Shown here: positions 1 to 8,345 of the stretch, piece by piece
Numbering within the stretch: the first letter of the stretch is position 1
How the letters are laid out: each line of letters begins with the position of its first letter
Assembly (NCBI GenBank): GCA_963674745.2
Contig: CAXXDV010000003.1
Location: forward strand, 2,592,001-2,656,000
DNA: 64,000 nucleotides
Reading direction: 5' to 3'
Source of the DNA: Desulfosudaceae bacterium
GTDB lineage: Bacteria > Desulfobacterota > Desulfobacteria > Desulfobacterales > Desulfosudaceae
Program-made: the position numbers and the translations under genes
The notes under the pieces: model-generated
What the model was told of the DNA's origin: nothing
The model's database searches: none
What the model saw: the letters and a program-made list of their open reading frames with translations, nothing else

Positions 1-1160
1 ACGCATATCCAAAAAATGAAGCAGAGAAGCGGTGCCAGAAATGATGCCACGCGGATATTCAACAGCACGCCGGGAAAAAGACAAAAAACGGCATAGCTGC
101 TCAGATAAAGAATCAGGGGTGCCACACCCAGCAGGGCGACGATGGTAAACTGTCGAAAAGCCTTGCTGTTATCCGTTTCTGCGGAAAACTGATCGAGTAT
201 TTCAGCGGCCGATCTCATAAACCGGTTGCGGTCGACAATCAACACGGCCTTTTTTCCATGGCCGAGAATCAGCCGGTCTTCCTGAAAAACAAGTCTCAAG
301 TCAGCCGCAGGCCCTTCTTCGGCAATGACAAAATAGTTCTGTGCCCGCAACACAGCTTCCAGGCTGCGGGCGGTTTTTGCATCCATATCTCCGGCAATCA
401 CACAGGTTTTAAGCTGTTTATCAGCCAACGGCTTGAAAACCTCGGCCGGGAACAGGGTATACCGGTAATAAAAATCAACGATCGCGGCACCGGGGCGGGA
501 GGTCAACAGCAGGTTGTCCTTTAAATTGACAAACACATCCTTGTTCACCTGCGACAACCAGATCGCCAGCAGGACGGCAATAAGCACAAAATGAAAGGGA
601 TTGCGCCAGGGAAGGCGTTTATACCCTTTTCGTTGCGGCGACCATTTCAGGGTTGCCCAGACAACCGCCGGGGGAACCAGCAGCAAAAAAGCCGTCAGAC
701 CGGGACAAAGCCCACGGGCATTAGCCCGGATCAGCAGCATCAGCCATCCGATGACTGGAACCGTCGCGGCGGTTGCCGTTATCAGAAGAACCGCCATGCC
801 CAGGAACCGGAAACCGGGTTTTAACATTCCGGATTTATAAACCCGGACGAGCGACGGCAGCGGCAGAATCAGCAAAATCGTCACAAAGGTCAGCAAAACG
901 ACTCCCGCGCCCGTACTGAGCGTGAAAAAGGCGCCACCGGCAAAAGCGGCTTCAAAGCTTGTCAGTGACGGGTCAATATTAACGCCGGGCAGTGGACTGT
1001 AGCCTGCCGCCTGGATGGCGGCAATTTTTGCCGCCAGCGACCGGTTGGAAAAATAAACCAGCACGGTCCCGACCACCTGAGCCACCGCCAGTCCCAGAAC
1101 GACCACCCGAAACGGATAGAGGAGGCGCAGGGTGTCTTTAATGTTCGAAACCAGGTTCAA
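1..1160 (-). CDS. Multi-pass membrane protein of unknown function (partial, runs off the left edge)
   Basis: Read manually: open frame from TTG at 1160 (MNLVSNIKDTLRLLYPFRVVVLGLAVAQVVG...FAGGAFFTLSTGAG...DFYYRYTLFPAEVFKP...) with several hydrophobic segments. Absent from the ORF track because it has no stop in the window. Confidence 0.75.
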   Translation of the reverse strand, partial: MNLVSNIKDTLRLLYPFRVVVLGLAVAQVVGTVLVYFSNRSLAAKIAAIQAAGYSPLPGVNIDPSLTSFEAAFAGGAFFTLSTGAGVVLLTFVTILLILPLPSLVRVYKSGMLKPGFRFLGMAVLLITATAATVPVIGWLMLLIRANARGLCPGLTAFLLLVPPAVVWATLKWSPQRKGYKRLPWRNPFHFVLIAVLLAIWLSQVNKDVFVNLKDNLLLTSRPGAAIVDFYYRYTLFPAEVFKPLADKQLKTCVIAGDMDAKTARSLEAVLRAQNYFVIAEEGPAADLRLVFQEDRLILGHGKKAVLIVDRNRFMRSAAEILDQFSAETDNSKAFRQFTIVALLGVAPLILYLSSYAVFCLFPGVLLNIRVASFLAPLLCFIFWIC

Positions 1161-1180
1161 GGGTTCTTTCTTTCAGAAAT

Positions 1181-1260
1181 GGTTAAGTGTTTATGTGATT
1201 ATGTGTTTAAGGTTTTAGAGTTTTAGGGTTTTAGGTGGTTAAGTGATTAAGTGGTTAAGG
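1181..1260 (+). repeat. Degenerate 8-bp tandem array (10 units, invariant TTA at unit positions 3-5)
   Basis: ggttaagt gtttatgt gattatgt gtttaagg ttttagag ttttaggg ttttaggt ggttaagt gattaagt ggttaagg. Confidence 0.9.
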
Positions 1261-1265
1261 ATTTT

Positions 1266-1727
1266 CTAGTTATCGTTAATCACCTGTGTAAATGTAATCT
1301 CTAAATATGACTCAGAGGCCCCATGCATCATAAGGATTGATTTAACTTCTGCATCTTTTAATAGGCCTGAATCAAAAGGGCCTTCTACCCGCCACCAAGC
1401 GGGGTCAGCCTCCGAGTTATCCTGTAAGAATCTGTTGGATGGATTATCATACGGCTTCAAACCAAGCTTATTCACTAAACGAATAACGGCATCTTTATTT
1501 AATATGAATGCATACGTCACGGCACTACTATTCGATGACTTGTTCACATGAACAACGTTCGAGATGGGCAGCCCGTTATTTTCTAACAACATATCGATTT
1601 TCCGAACAAATTCTTCGTGACTATTACATGAGAACAGTATAGTACAAAAAATAAGCATCAAAGCGATTGCAAATGAGCTTATTCTTATATAGCCCCGACC
1701 AGCCACAGAATATTTTATCCCATACAT
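1266..1727 (-). CDS. AT-rich hypothetical lipoprotein (ORFan-like)
   Basis: Track ORF 1266..1847 begins inside the IS end; likely true start is ATG 1727 (MYGIKYS...). Hydrophobic stretch followed by lipobox-like LFSC. Confidence 0.6.
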   Translation of the reverse strand: MYGIKYSVAGRGYIRISSFAIALMLIFCTILFSCNSHEEFVRKIDMLLENNGLPISNVVHVNKSSNSSAVTYAFILNKDAVIRLVNKLGLKPYDNPSNRFLQDNSEADPAWWRVEGPFDSGLLKDAEVKSILMMHGASESYLEITFTQVINDN

Positions 1728-1855
1728 TGAATTTATGTTTAGCATGTCCTGCGCCATAACACCTAAAACTTTAACACCCTGATATGATTGACAGTTGTCA
1801 AATGGAAAATAGTTCTCCTGCCAGTTTTTAATCTGGTCTCCTTGCATTTATGAAA

Positions 1856-2051
1856 TTCCAGGGTACCCGGAGGGGCGGAACCTTTAATGCGACGGTTGTT
1901 CACTCTGATATACGCGGGTTGGATACCGCATGACTTTTCTTCGTCGCGGAGCTGCCTCTGTCTAAAATCTGGAGTTAGGCCGAAAGGCTTATCCTATAGG
2001 GTGTCCGAGGGTTCTCCTTTCCGTGGCTGCGCCCCCGCGGCTGCCCTGGAA
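1856..2051 (-). ncRNA. Putative IS110 bridge/seek RNA in the 3' non-coding end
   Basis: Outer stem ttccaggg (1856-1863) / ccctggaa (2044-2051). Two internal-loop hairpins carry segments matching the target (acacccta, agattttag) and the donor junction (atatcaga). Confidence 0.75.
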
Positions 2052-2120
2052 TATGATGTTGTAAATGGTCTATCGAACCTCCTGTTGATCATGTTTTTGT
2101 ATTTTGCCTTTTGATTGGCT

Positions 2121-3236
2121 CTAATTTGTCAAAGATGCTTCGGATTCAATGGCGATTGCCCAGATAAAACCGCAAAGTTCCCGGGCGATAGCGGTTATAA
2201 TGACCTGCTTGGTTTTTCCTTTGGCCCAAAAATGCCGGTAGCGTCCACAGAGTCTTAATTGTGCTTTCCAGGAAATATCACGGATGCTTTGCGGTAATCC
2301 TTCCTGTTTCTTCAGTAATGCTCGAGTAACCCGTGCTCTGTGCCGGTACGACCAGGCCGCTTCAACCAGTATGCGGCGCACATGCGAATTACCGGTTTTG
2401 GTGATCGGGCCGCGCTTGATATTTTCGCCGGTGGAATATTCTGATGGCACCAGGCCAAGATAGCTCATCAGTTGATCCGGGTGGTCAAAACGATTAAAAC
2501 TTCCGATCTCCACGGTGATTATAGCGGCAGCGAGTAACGAGATGCCGCGCAGGCTCTGGAGCGCTTGAACGACAGGAAACATCCGCCATTGCGGTATGAG
2601 CTGATGTATCTGCTCGGTGAGCCGCTGAACACGCAGGCTGCAATGATCCAGATGGTCGACATATTCTTGCAGGACAATTTGCTGGGACTCATGGGGCATT
2701 TTGATATCGGCAATCCAGCGCCGATGAGCCTGGGTCCACGGCGTACGTCCGGTATACGTAAAACCGCTACGCAGCAGAAAAGCCGACAATCGCTGCTTGC
2801 AACGTTTTTCATCCTGCTTGATATCACTACGCGCTCTGACCAGGTCTCGCAAGGCCTCGTCTTCGGCAAGGGGAACATGAACGGAAGTCAAGTCGCCGGA
2901 TCGATGCAAACGCGCCAGCATAAGAGAATCGCGCCGGTCATTTTTAATCCGGTTCCCGCTCTGCTTGGGAATCAGCGAAGGCGCTACCACCTTACAGTCA
3001 AAACCCTTGGCAGTAAGATGACGATAGATCTGATAACCGCAGGGACCGGCCTCATACACAAAATGCAGATCGGCATTTTTACTGACCATCTTACGTGTCA
3101 CCTTGTCCAGTGCCGCCAATGTTCCATCGATTTGACCATAGTGTACAACTTCACCATTACACCCGCCTTGGGCGATGGAAATATCAATACTTTTTTTGTG
3201 GACATCCATACCGATAAATATGCTATTCTTCTTCAT
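2121..3236 (-). CDS. IS110 family transposase/recombinase (DEDD RuvC-like plus Tnp serine domain)
   Basis: Motifs GMDVHK, YEAGPCG, KNDRRD, YLGLVPSEYSTG, GNSHVRRILVEAAW. Confidence 0.97.
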   Translation of the reverse strand: MKKNSIFIGMDVHKKSIDISIAQGGCNGEVVHYGQIDGTLAALDKVTRKMVSKNADLHFVYEAGPCGYQIYRHLTAKGFDCKVVAPSLIPKQSGNRIKNDRRDSLMLARLHRSGDLTSVHVPLAEDEALRDLVRARSDIKQDEKRCKQRLSAFLLRSGFTYTGRTPWTQAHRRWIADIKMPHESQQIVLQEYVDHLDHCSLRVQRLTEQIHQLIPQWRMFPVVQALQSLRGISLLAAAIITVEIGSFNRFDHPDQLMSYLGLVPSEYSTGENIKRGPITKTGNSHVRRILVEAAWSYRHRARVTRALLKKQEGLPQSIRDISWKAQLRLCGRYRHFWAKGKTKQVIITAIARELCGFIWAIAIESEASLTN

Positions 3237-3322
3237 GACCTGCCTCCTTGGTATTGGCTCTGTGCCAGGTTAATGTAGGTTGACCTTTAGCATAACCCAC
3301 GTTTGCAAGGATGGCAGGTCAT
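3235..3322 (-). promoter_or_regulatory. Hairpin occluding the transposase RBS and start
   Basis: 3235-3250 (atgacctgcctccttg) is complementary to 3306-3322 (caaggatggcaggtcat) with one bulge; covers AAGGAGG and part of the ATG. Confidence 0.65.
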
Positions 3323-3406
3323 TTCCTTCTATTTTAACTGTCAATCATTATGTCTAAAACCTTTAATGCCTCTGCCGCACATCCCCCCAGATCTAACCTA
3401 CACCCT

Positions 3407-3542
3407 CATAATCACTTAACCACTTAATCACCTAAGCACCTAAAGCTTCTAAGCGGCACTTTCACTTATCGGCTTGGTTCTGCGCTATGCCCCGGTTGGA
3501 CGTTTAAAACCCTAAAACCTAAAACTCTAAAACTTTAAAACC
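3407..3542 (-). repeat. Two degenerate 8-bp arrays, inverted relative to 1181-1260, separated by a ~50-nt motif
   Basis: TAA recurs every ~8 nt at 3409-3452 and 3505-3538 (cttaacca/cttaatca/cctaaaac units). Confidence 0.85.
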
Positions 3543-3641
3543 TTCGTATAATTATGAGTTGTACTATACCATCGTTCTGTTAAAATACAACATTCGACCA
3601 CGTTCAATCAATTGCGAGACGAAGCCGTCAAAGGAGATAAA

Positions 3642-4385
3642 ATGAAAATAGCCGCCATCATTCCCTCACGCTACGAATCCACCCGTTTCCCGGGAAAACC
3701 CCTGGCGCCGATTGCCGGCACCCCCCTGATCCAGCACGTTTACAATCGTGTCCGCCAGGCCCCTTGCATCACGGACGTCGCCGTGGCCACGGACGACCAG
3801 CGTATTTATGACGCGGTGATGGGTTTCGGCGGGGATTGCGTGATGACCCGGGACAAATGCCGCACCGGAACGGACAGAGTCGCGGAAGCCGCCCGGTTAA
3901 TGGGGCTGGAACCCGGTGACATCGTCGTTAACGTTCAGGGGGACCAGCCGCTGATCGCGGCGGAGACCATCGAACAGACCGTCGCCCCGCTGCTTTCTCC
4001 GGTTGATTTCGGCGTATCCACCCCGCTTCTTGCCATCGATGATGAAACAACGATCAACAGCACCAAAAACGTCAAAGCGGTTTTTGACAGCGGGGGGTTC
4101 GCACTTTATTTCTCAAGGGCACCGATTCCTTATGCCCGCGATCCCGAAACGCCCGCCCGGATTTACAAGCATCTGGGTGTCTATGCTTTTGCCATCGGTT
4201 TTCTGGGCCTGTTTGCCAGCCTGCCGTCGGGGAAACTGGAAGAAATTGAAAAACTGGAGCAGTTAAGAGTGCTGGAGTATGGATACAAAATCAAGGTCGT
4301 CATTACCGAACATGATTCACCGTCCGTTGATCTTCCCGAAGATATCGAGTATATCGAGTCGCTCATGGCCGCCGGTCAGGAGTGA
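3642..4385 (+). CDS. kdsB: 3-deoxy-manno-octulosonate cytidylyltransferase (CMP-KDO synthetase)
   Basis: IPSRYESTRFPGKPLA, TGTDRVAEA, NVQGDQP, ALYFSRAPIP, LEEIEKLEQLRVLE; AGGAG RBS before ATG 3642. Confidence 0.96.
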   Translation: MKIAAIIPSRYESTRFPGKPLAPIAGTPLIQHVYNRVRQAPCITDVAVATDDQRIYDAVMGFGGDCVMTRDKCRTGTDRVAEAARLMGLEPGDIVVNVQGDQPLIAAETIEQTVAPLLSPVDFGVSTPLLAIDDETTINSTKNVKAVFDSGGFALYFSRAPIPYARDPETPARIYKHLGVYAFAIGFLGLFASLPSGKLEEIEKLEQLRVLEYGYKIKVVITEHDSPSVDLPEDIEYIESLMAAGQE

Positions 4386-4393
4386 TCAAAACC

Positions 4394-5200
4394 TTACCTT
4401 AAATTTTCTTCGACAATCTCCCCGGGAGGAACAGGCTCGGCGCCAGGTGAAGAAACGGCCATCTTCCGTTCCAGATCATAGATGCGGACTTTCAGGGCTT
4501 TTAATTCATTTTCAACCGATCTGGTCGCGGCCTCAACAGACGGCATCAGGTTTTTCTGAAACTGGTTCAGCATGCCGCGAACCGTTTCCGTATCCGGTTT
4601 AAGGGCCGTCATATCCTTGAGGCCGGCCAGATGGGTTTCAACCGTTTCAAGCTGCTGGCGCAAGGCCAGCAGCTGACGTGACGCTTCAGCCACGGCCGAC
4701 GACAGTTTTTCCATGTCCTTGCGCAAACCGTCTACGGATGAAGCGTTTTCCCTGTTTTCCGCGGTCAGGGATTTAATGCTTTTTTGATTGGCTTTTACGC
4801 TGCCCTGATATGTCTTGAAGTCGGCCGAGATACTTTTAAACTCGCTCCGGATGCTTTTCACGGCCTCGGCATTGTGACTGATTCTGGCCAGTTCCCTGTC
4901 CACAGATTCCTTTTGCGCCGCCAGATTATTCTGCATGTCATTCAGGCGGACATCGTATCGTTGGGAAAATGACTGCACCGTTTCCGAACCCGTATGCTGA
5001 AAATCATTCACTTTTTTGGTAATACTGAAATAGGCCAGAACCCCGACCACCGCGATCAGGCAGGGTATAATGATGGATATAAAGGTGACTTTCCATCCCA
5101 GGCTGTCCACCTTTTTTTCCAGGTGTTCACCGGCGTACTCACCGGCATGGTCTTTGTGGTCGAACGAAAAGGTAAAATCTCCGTCATCCGGGAAGTCCAT
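4394..5200 (-). CDS. Membrane-anchored coiled-coil protein of unknown function
   Basis: Single TM segment (VTFISIIIPCLIAVVGVLAYF) followed by long heptad-rich helices; directly downstream of guaA. Confidence 0.8.
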   Translation of the reverse strand: MDFPDDGDFTFSFDHKDHAGEYAGEHLEKKVDSLGWKVTFISIIIPCLIAVVGVLAYFSITKKVNDFQHTGSETVQSFSQRYDVRLNDMQNNLAAQKESVDRELARISHNAEAVKSIRSEFKSISADFKTYQGSVKANQKSIKSLTAENRENASSVDGLRKDMEKLSSAVAEASRQLLALRQQLETVETHLAGLKDMTALKPDTETVRGMLNQFQKNLMPSVEAATRSVENELKALKVRIYDLERKMAVSSPGAEPVPPGEIVEENLR

Positions 5201-5206
5201 CAGGCA

Positions 5207-6736
5207 TTACTCCCACTCAATGGTGCTGGGCGGTTTGGAACTGATGTCATAAACCACCCGGTTCACACCGGAGACTTCATTGATAATCCGGTTGGATATC
5301 CGGCCGAGCAGTTTATGGGGCAACCGGGCCCAGTCGGCCGTCATGGCGTCTTTGCTGGTCACGGCCCGGATGGCCGCGATATGCTCGTAGGTCCGTTTAT
5401 CGCCCATGATGCCCACGCTCTTCAAGGGCAGAAGAACGGCAAAAGACTGCCACAATTTGCGGTAATAACCGCTCTTTCGAATCTCATCCAACAGCACCGC
5501 GTCCACCTCACGCAACAGGTCCAGTTTTTTACGGGTCACCGGTCCGATAATGCGGATGGCCAGCCCGGGACCGGGAAACGGCTGGCGGTGGATCATGTCC
5601 TCGTCCAGCCCCAGGGTCTTGCCGAGGGCACGGACCTCATCCTTGAACAAAAACTTGAGCGGTTCCACCAGGGACAACTTCATCCTGGCCGGCAGGCCGC
5701 CCACATTATGATGTGACTTGATCACCGACGAGGGGCCGCCGAAGGCCGAACGGGACTCGATCACATCCGGGTAAAGCGTCCCCTGGGCCAGAAATTCGGC
5801 GCCCTTGACCTTTCCGGCCTCCTGTTCAAACACTTCCATAAACACCCGGCCGATGATCTTGCGCTTTTTTTCCGGATCCGCCACACCCGCCAGGGCCTTT
5901 AAAAAGCGGCCCGAGGCCCGCACATAACGAATGCGCAGATTCAGGTGACGGGTAAACACCTCTCGCAGTTTTTCGGCTTCATTCTTGCGTAACAGGCCGT
6001 TGTCCACAAAGATGCAGGTCAGGCTATCTCCGATGGCCTGGTGAATCAGCAGCGCCGTCACGGAAGAATCCACGCCGCCGCTTAAGCCCAGCACGACTGT
6101 TTTACCGGCCGTGGCCTGGCGGACTTCCGCGATTGATTCTCTGGCAAAGGCTTTCATGGACCAGGTTTTCTTACAGCGGCAGATATCAAACAGAAAATTG
6201 GCCAGGATGCGGGTGCCTTCCCGGGTATGTACAACTTCAGGATGAAACTGGAGCCCGTAAAAATCGCGGGTGGTATCGGCAATAACCGCCGCTTCCGTGT
6301 TTTCGGTAGAGGCGATGACTGAAAAGCCGGGGGGCATTTTCTCCACCGAATCACCGTGGCTCATCCAGCAGGTGGACGTTTTACTGATCCCTTTTAAAAT
6401 TCTGCCGATTTTTGAGACCGACAGCTCGGCGAACCCATATTCTCTTTTACCCGCCGGTGCCACTTTTCCGCCCAGTGTCTTGGCCATGAAATGCATGCCA
6501 TAGCATATACCCAGCACCGGTATACCCAGATCAAATATCCTTCTGGTAATTCCGGGGCTGTTCTTCTCATAAACCCCGGAGGGCCCGCCGGAAAGAATAA
6601 TGCCTTCCGGTTTCATTTCCTTAATGGCTTTGACCGTGATATCCGGCGGCTCGATCCGGCAATAAACTTTGCACTCCCGGACCCGCCTGGCGATCAGCTG
6701 GTTGAATTGAGAACCAAAGTCAATAATCAGTATCAT
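5207..6736 (-). CDS. guaA: GMP synthase (glutamine-hydrolysing)
   Basis: [10 protein letters not shown] start at 6736, [40 protein letters not shown]. Confidence 0.98.
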   Translation of the reverse strand: MILIIDFGSQFNQLIARRVRECKVYCRIEPPDITVKAIKEMKPEGIILSGGPSGVYEKNSPGITRRIFDLGIPVLGICYGMHFMAKTLGGKVAPAGKREYGFAELSVSKIGRILKGISKTSTCWMSHGDSVEKMPPGFSVIASTENTEAAVIADTTRDFYGLQFHPEVVHTREGTRILANFLFDICRCKKTWSMKAFARESIAEVRQATAGKTVVLGLSGGVDSSVTALLIHQAIGDSLTCIFVDNGLLRKNEAEKLREVFTRHLNLRIRYVRASGRFLKALAGVADPEKKRKIIGRVFMEVFEQEAGKVKGAEFLAQGTLYPDVIESRSAFGGPSSVIKSHHNVGGLPARMKLSLVEPLKFLFKDEVRALGKTLGLDEDMIHRQPFPGPGLAIRIIGPVTRKKLDLLREVDAVLLDEIRKSGYYRKLWQSFAVLLPLKSVGIMGDKRTYEHIAAIRAVTSKDAMTADWARLPHKLLGRISNRIINEVSGVNRVVYDISSKPPSTIEWE

Positions 6737-7009
6737 AATCTTCCCCGTCTTTTGGACCCGCAAAAACCGGCCTGGAATCTGCTCGATGCTCCAGGGCCCT
6801 TCTCCGTTTGAAATTTCGCCGGCCCCGGCATCGCAAAAAAATACCCGTTTCAACAGCGCCGTTAAAAGAAATAACGTTCCCTTCTACGGCAAAGGCATCC
6901 ATCAATTGAGGTTGCAATATTTCAGAAAAATTCAATTTTTACAAGTTCTTTTTGCAAACCGTCGCCTGCCCGAAAAGGGGCTGTAAAGGCAAAAAATATC
7001 AGGTAATGC

Positions 7010-7038
7010 TTGACTTACGGTTGTCATCCGGTTATAAA
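7010..7038 (+). promoter_or_regulatory. Sigma70-type promoter upstream of the dodecin gene
   Basis: TTGACT-17 nt-TATAAA. Confidence 0.5.
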
Positions 7039-7198
7039 AAAAACTGCATTTCGTTTCGGCAACCTGATTCATGTTTCACTGAACACTAACCTGAAATTTT
7101 CATGATCCTTATTTATTTGCGTACAATTTCAAACGATGTGCTTTTATGAACGGGCATGTGCCCGTTCCCCTTAAAACCCGCAACGAAAGGAGACAATC

Positions 7199-7408
7199 AT
7201 GGGTGACAGTGTTTACAAAATCATCAACCTTGTAGGGACCAGCCCGACGTCCTGGGAAGAAGCGGCCAAAAACGCCGTGGAGCGCGCCTCTAAAACCCTG
7301 GAAGACCTGAGGGTCGCTGAAGTTCTTGAGCTGGACATGAAAATCGAAAACGGCAAGGTTGCCGCTTACCGGGCCAGCATTAAAGTTTCGTTCAAGTATA
7401 GAGATTAA
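7199..7408 (+). CDS. Dodecin-family flavin-binding protein
   Basis: SVYKIINLVGTSPTSWEEAAKNAVERASKTLEDLR...IKVSFKY; strong RBS. Confidence 0.92.
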   Translation: MGDSVYKIINLVGTSPTSWEEAAKNAVERASKTLEDLRVAEVLELDMKIENGKVAAYRASIKVSFKYRD

Positions 7409-7450
7409 TCCTGAAGTCTTACAGTTAAAGTGTGAAGTATACGGTTTGAC

Positions 7451-7485
7451 AAAAGGCGGGTCGGACGGGTTCCGGCCCGCCTTTT
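7451..7485. terminator. Bidirectional rho-independent terminator
   Basis: aaaaggcgggtcgga...tccggcccgcctttt between convergent genes. Confidence 0.7.
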
Positions 7486-7580
7486 GTTTACGTATGATCT
7501 GATGGATTTTTTTAATACCGGTTTTACGCTTCAGCTTCCCGACTGTCCCGGGACGACTCATCTTTATGAAGGGACAGGGA

Positions 7581-8345
7581 TTATGCCTGCGACAATTTCA
7601 GGATGTCACCAAAAACCCCGCTGATATCATCCCGAACAACGGCGTCCGCCAGCCCGTCCAGGGGCGTGGCGGTGTTGTTGACAATCACCAGACGCGCGCC
7701 CTGCTGTTTGGCGATAACGGGAAACCCCGCGGCCGGCTGGACCACCAGCGATGACCCCACCGCGATAAACAGGTCGCATTTGGCGGACAGGGCGGCCGCC
7801 CGCTGCAGATCTTTTTCCCGCAGGCTCTGACCGAAGGAGATGGTGGCCGGTTTCATAAGACCGCCGCAGGACTCGCACGTGGGCGCCTCATCCCCTCTTT
7901 TGACCCGTTCACAGACGTCGTCCATGGGAACAGACAGGCTGCAGGCAAGACAGGCCGCCTCATGCAGCCAGCCGTGAAGCCGTACGATCTTATCCGGGGC
8001 CAGGCCGGATTTCTCGTGCAGGCCGTCAATGTTCTGAGTAATCAGTCCCAGCAGCCGGCCTTCGGCCGCCAGTCCGGTAAAAAAGCGGTGGCCGTCGTTG
8101 GGTTGTGCGTCCCGGATGGCCGGCCAGCTTTCCACTTTCTGACGCCAGTACTCCACCCGGTCTTCATGATTATTCAAAAACGCGTCAAACATGACGGTCC
8201 GGTTTCTGGCCCAGACGCCATCCGGGCTTCGAAAATCAGGGATCCCCGACCCGGTGGATATGCCGGCACCGGTAAAACCGGTGATGGCGGTTGACTGCCG
8301 GATCCAGTCGGCGACGGTTGCGATATCATTTTTAATAGCGTTCAT
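7581..8345 (-). CDS. cobB: Sir2-family NAD-dependent protein deacylase
   Basis: TGAGISTGSGIPDFRS, ITQNIDGLH, two CxxC zinc motifs, VGSSLVV. Confidence 0.9.
   Translation of the reverse strand: MNAIKNDIATVADWIRQSTAITGFTGAGISTGSGIPDFRSPDGVWARNRTVMFDAFLNNHEDRVEYWRQKVESWPAIRDAQPNDGHRFFTGLAAEGRLLGLITQNIDGLHEKSGLAPDKIVRLHGWLHEAACLACSLSVPMDDVCERVKRGDEAPTCESCGGLMKPATISFGQSLREKDLQRAAALSAKCDLFIAVGSSLVVQPAAGFPVIAKQQGARLVIVNNTATPLDGLADAVVRDDISGVFGDILKLSQA

Larger units (their letters stand above)
1779..3355 (-). mobile_element. IS110-family insertion sequence, IS1111 subgroup, complete
   Basis: 13-bp subterminal inverted repeats atgattgacagtt (1784-1796) and aactgtcaatcat (3336-3348), 3 nt from one end and 7 nt from the other. 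CT core at 1779-1780 and 3354-3355. Long 3' non-coding region. Confidence 0.9.

Noticed and set aside
1728..1847. N-terminal 40 codons of track ORF 1266..1847
   Set aside because: They run through the IS right end and the repeat array, so they are a chance open frame.
1887..2114. 75-aa ORF in the IS 3' region
   Set aside because: Antisense to the structured RNA, with no recognisable protein features.
3445..3505. Shared motif as an integron attC site
   Set aside because: No clean RYYYAAC/GTTRRRY pair in both copies and no integron integrase in the window.
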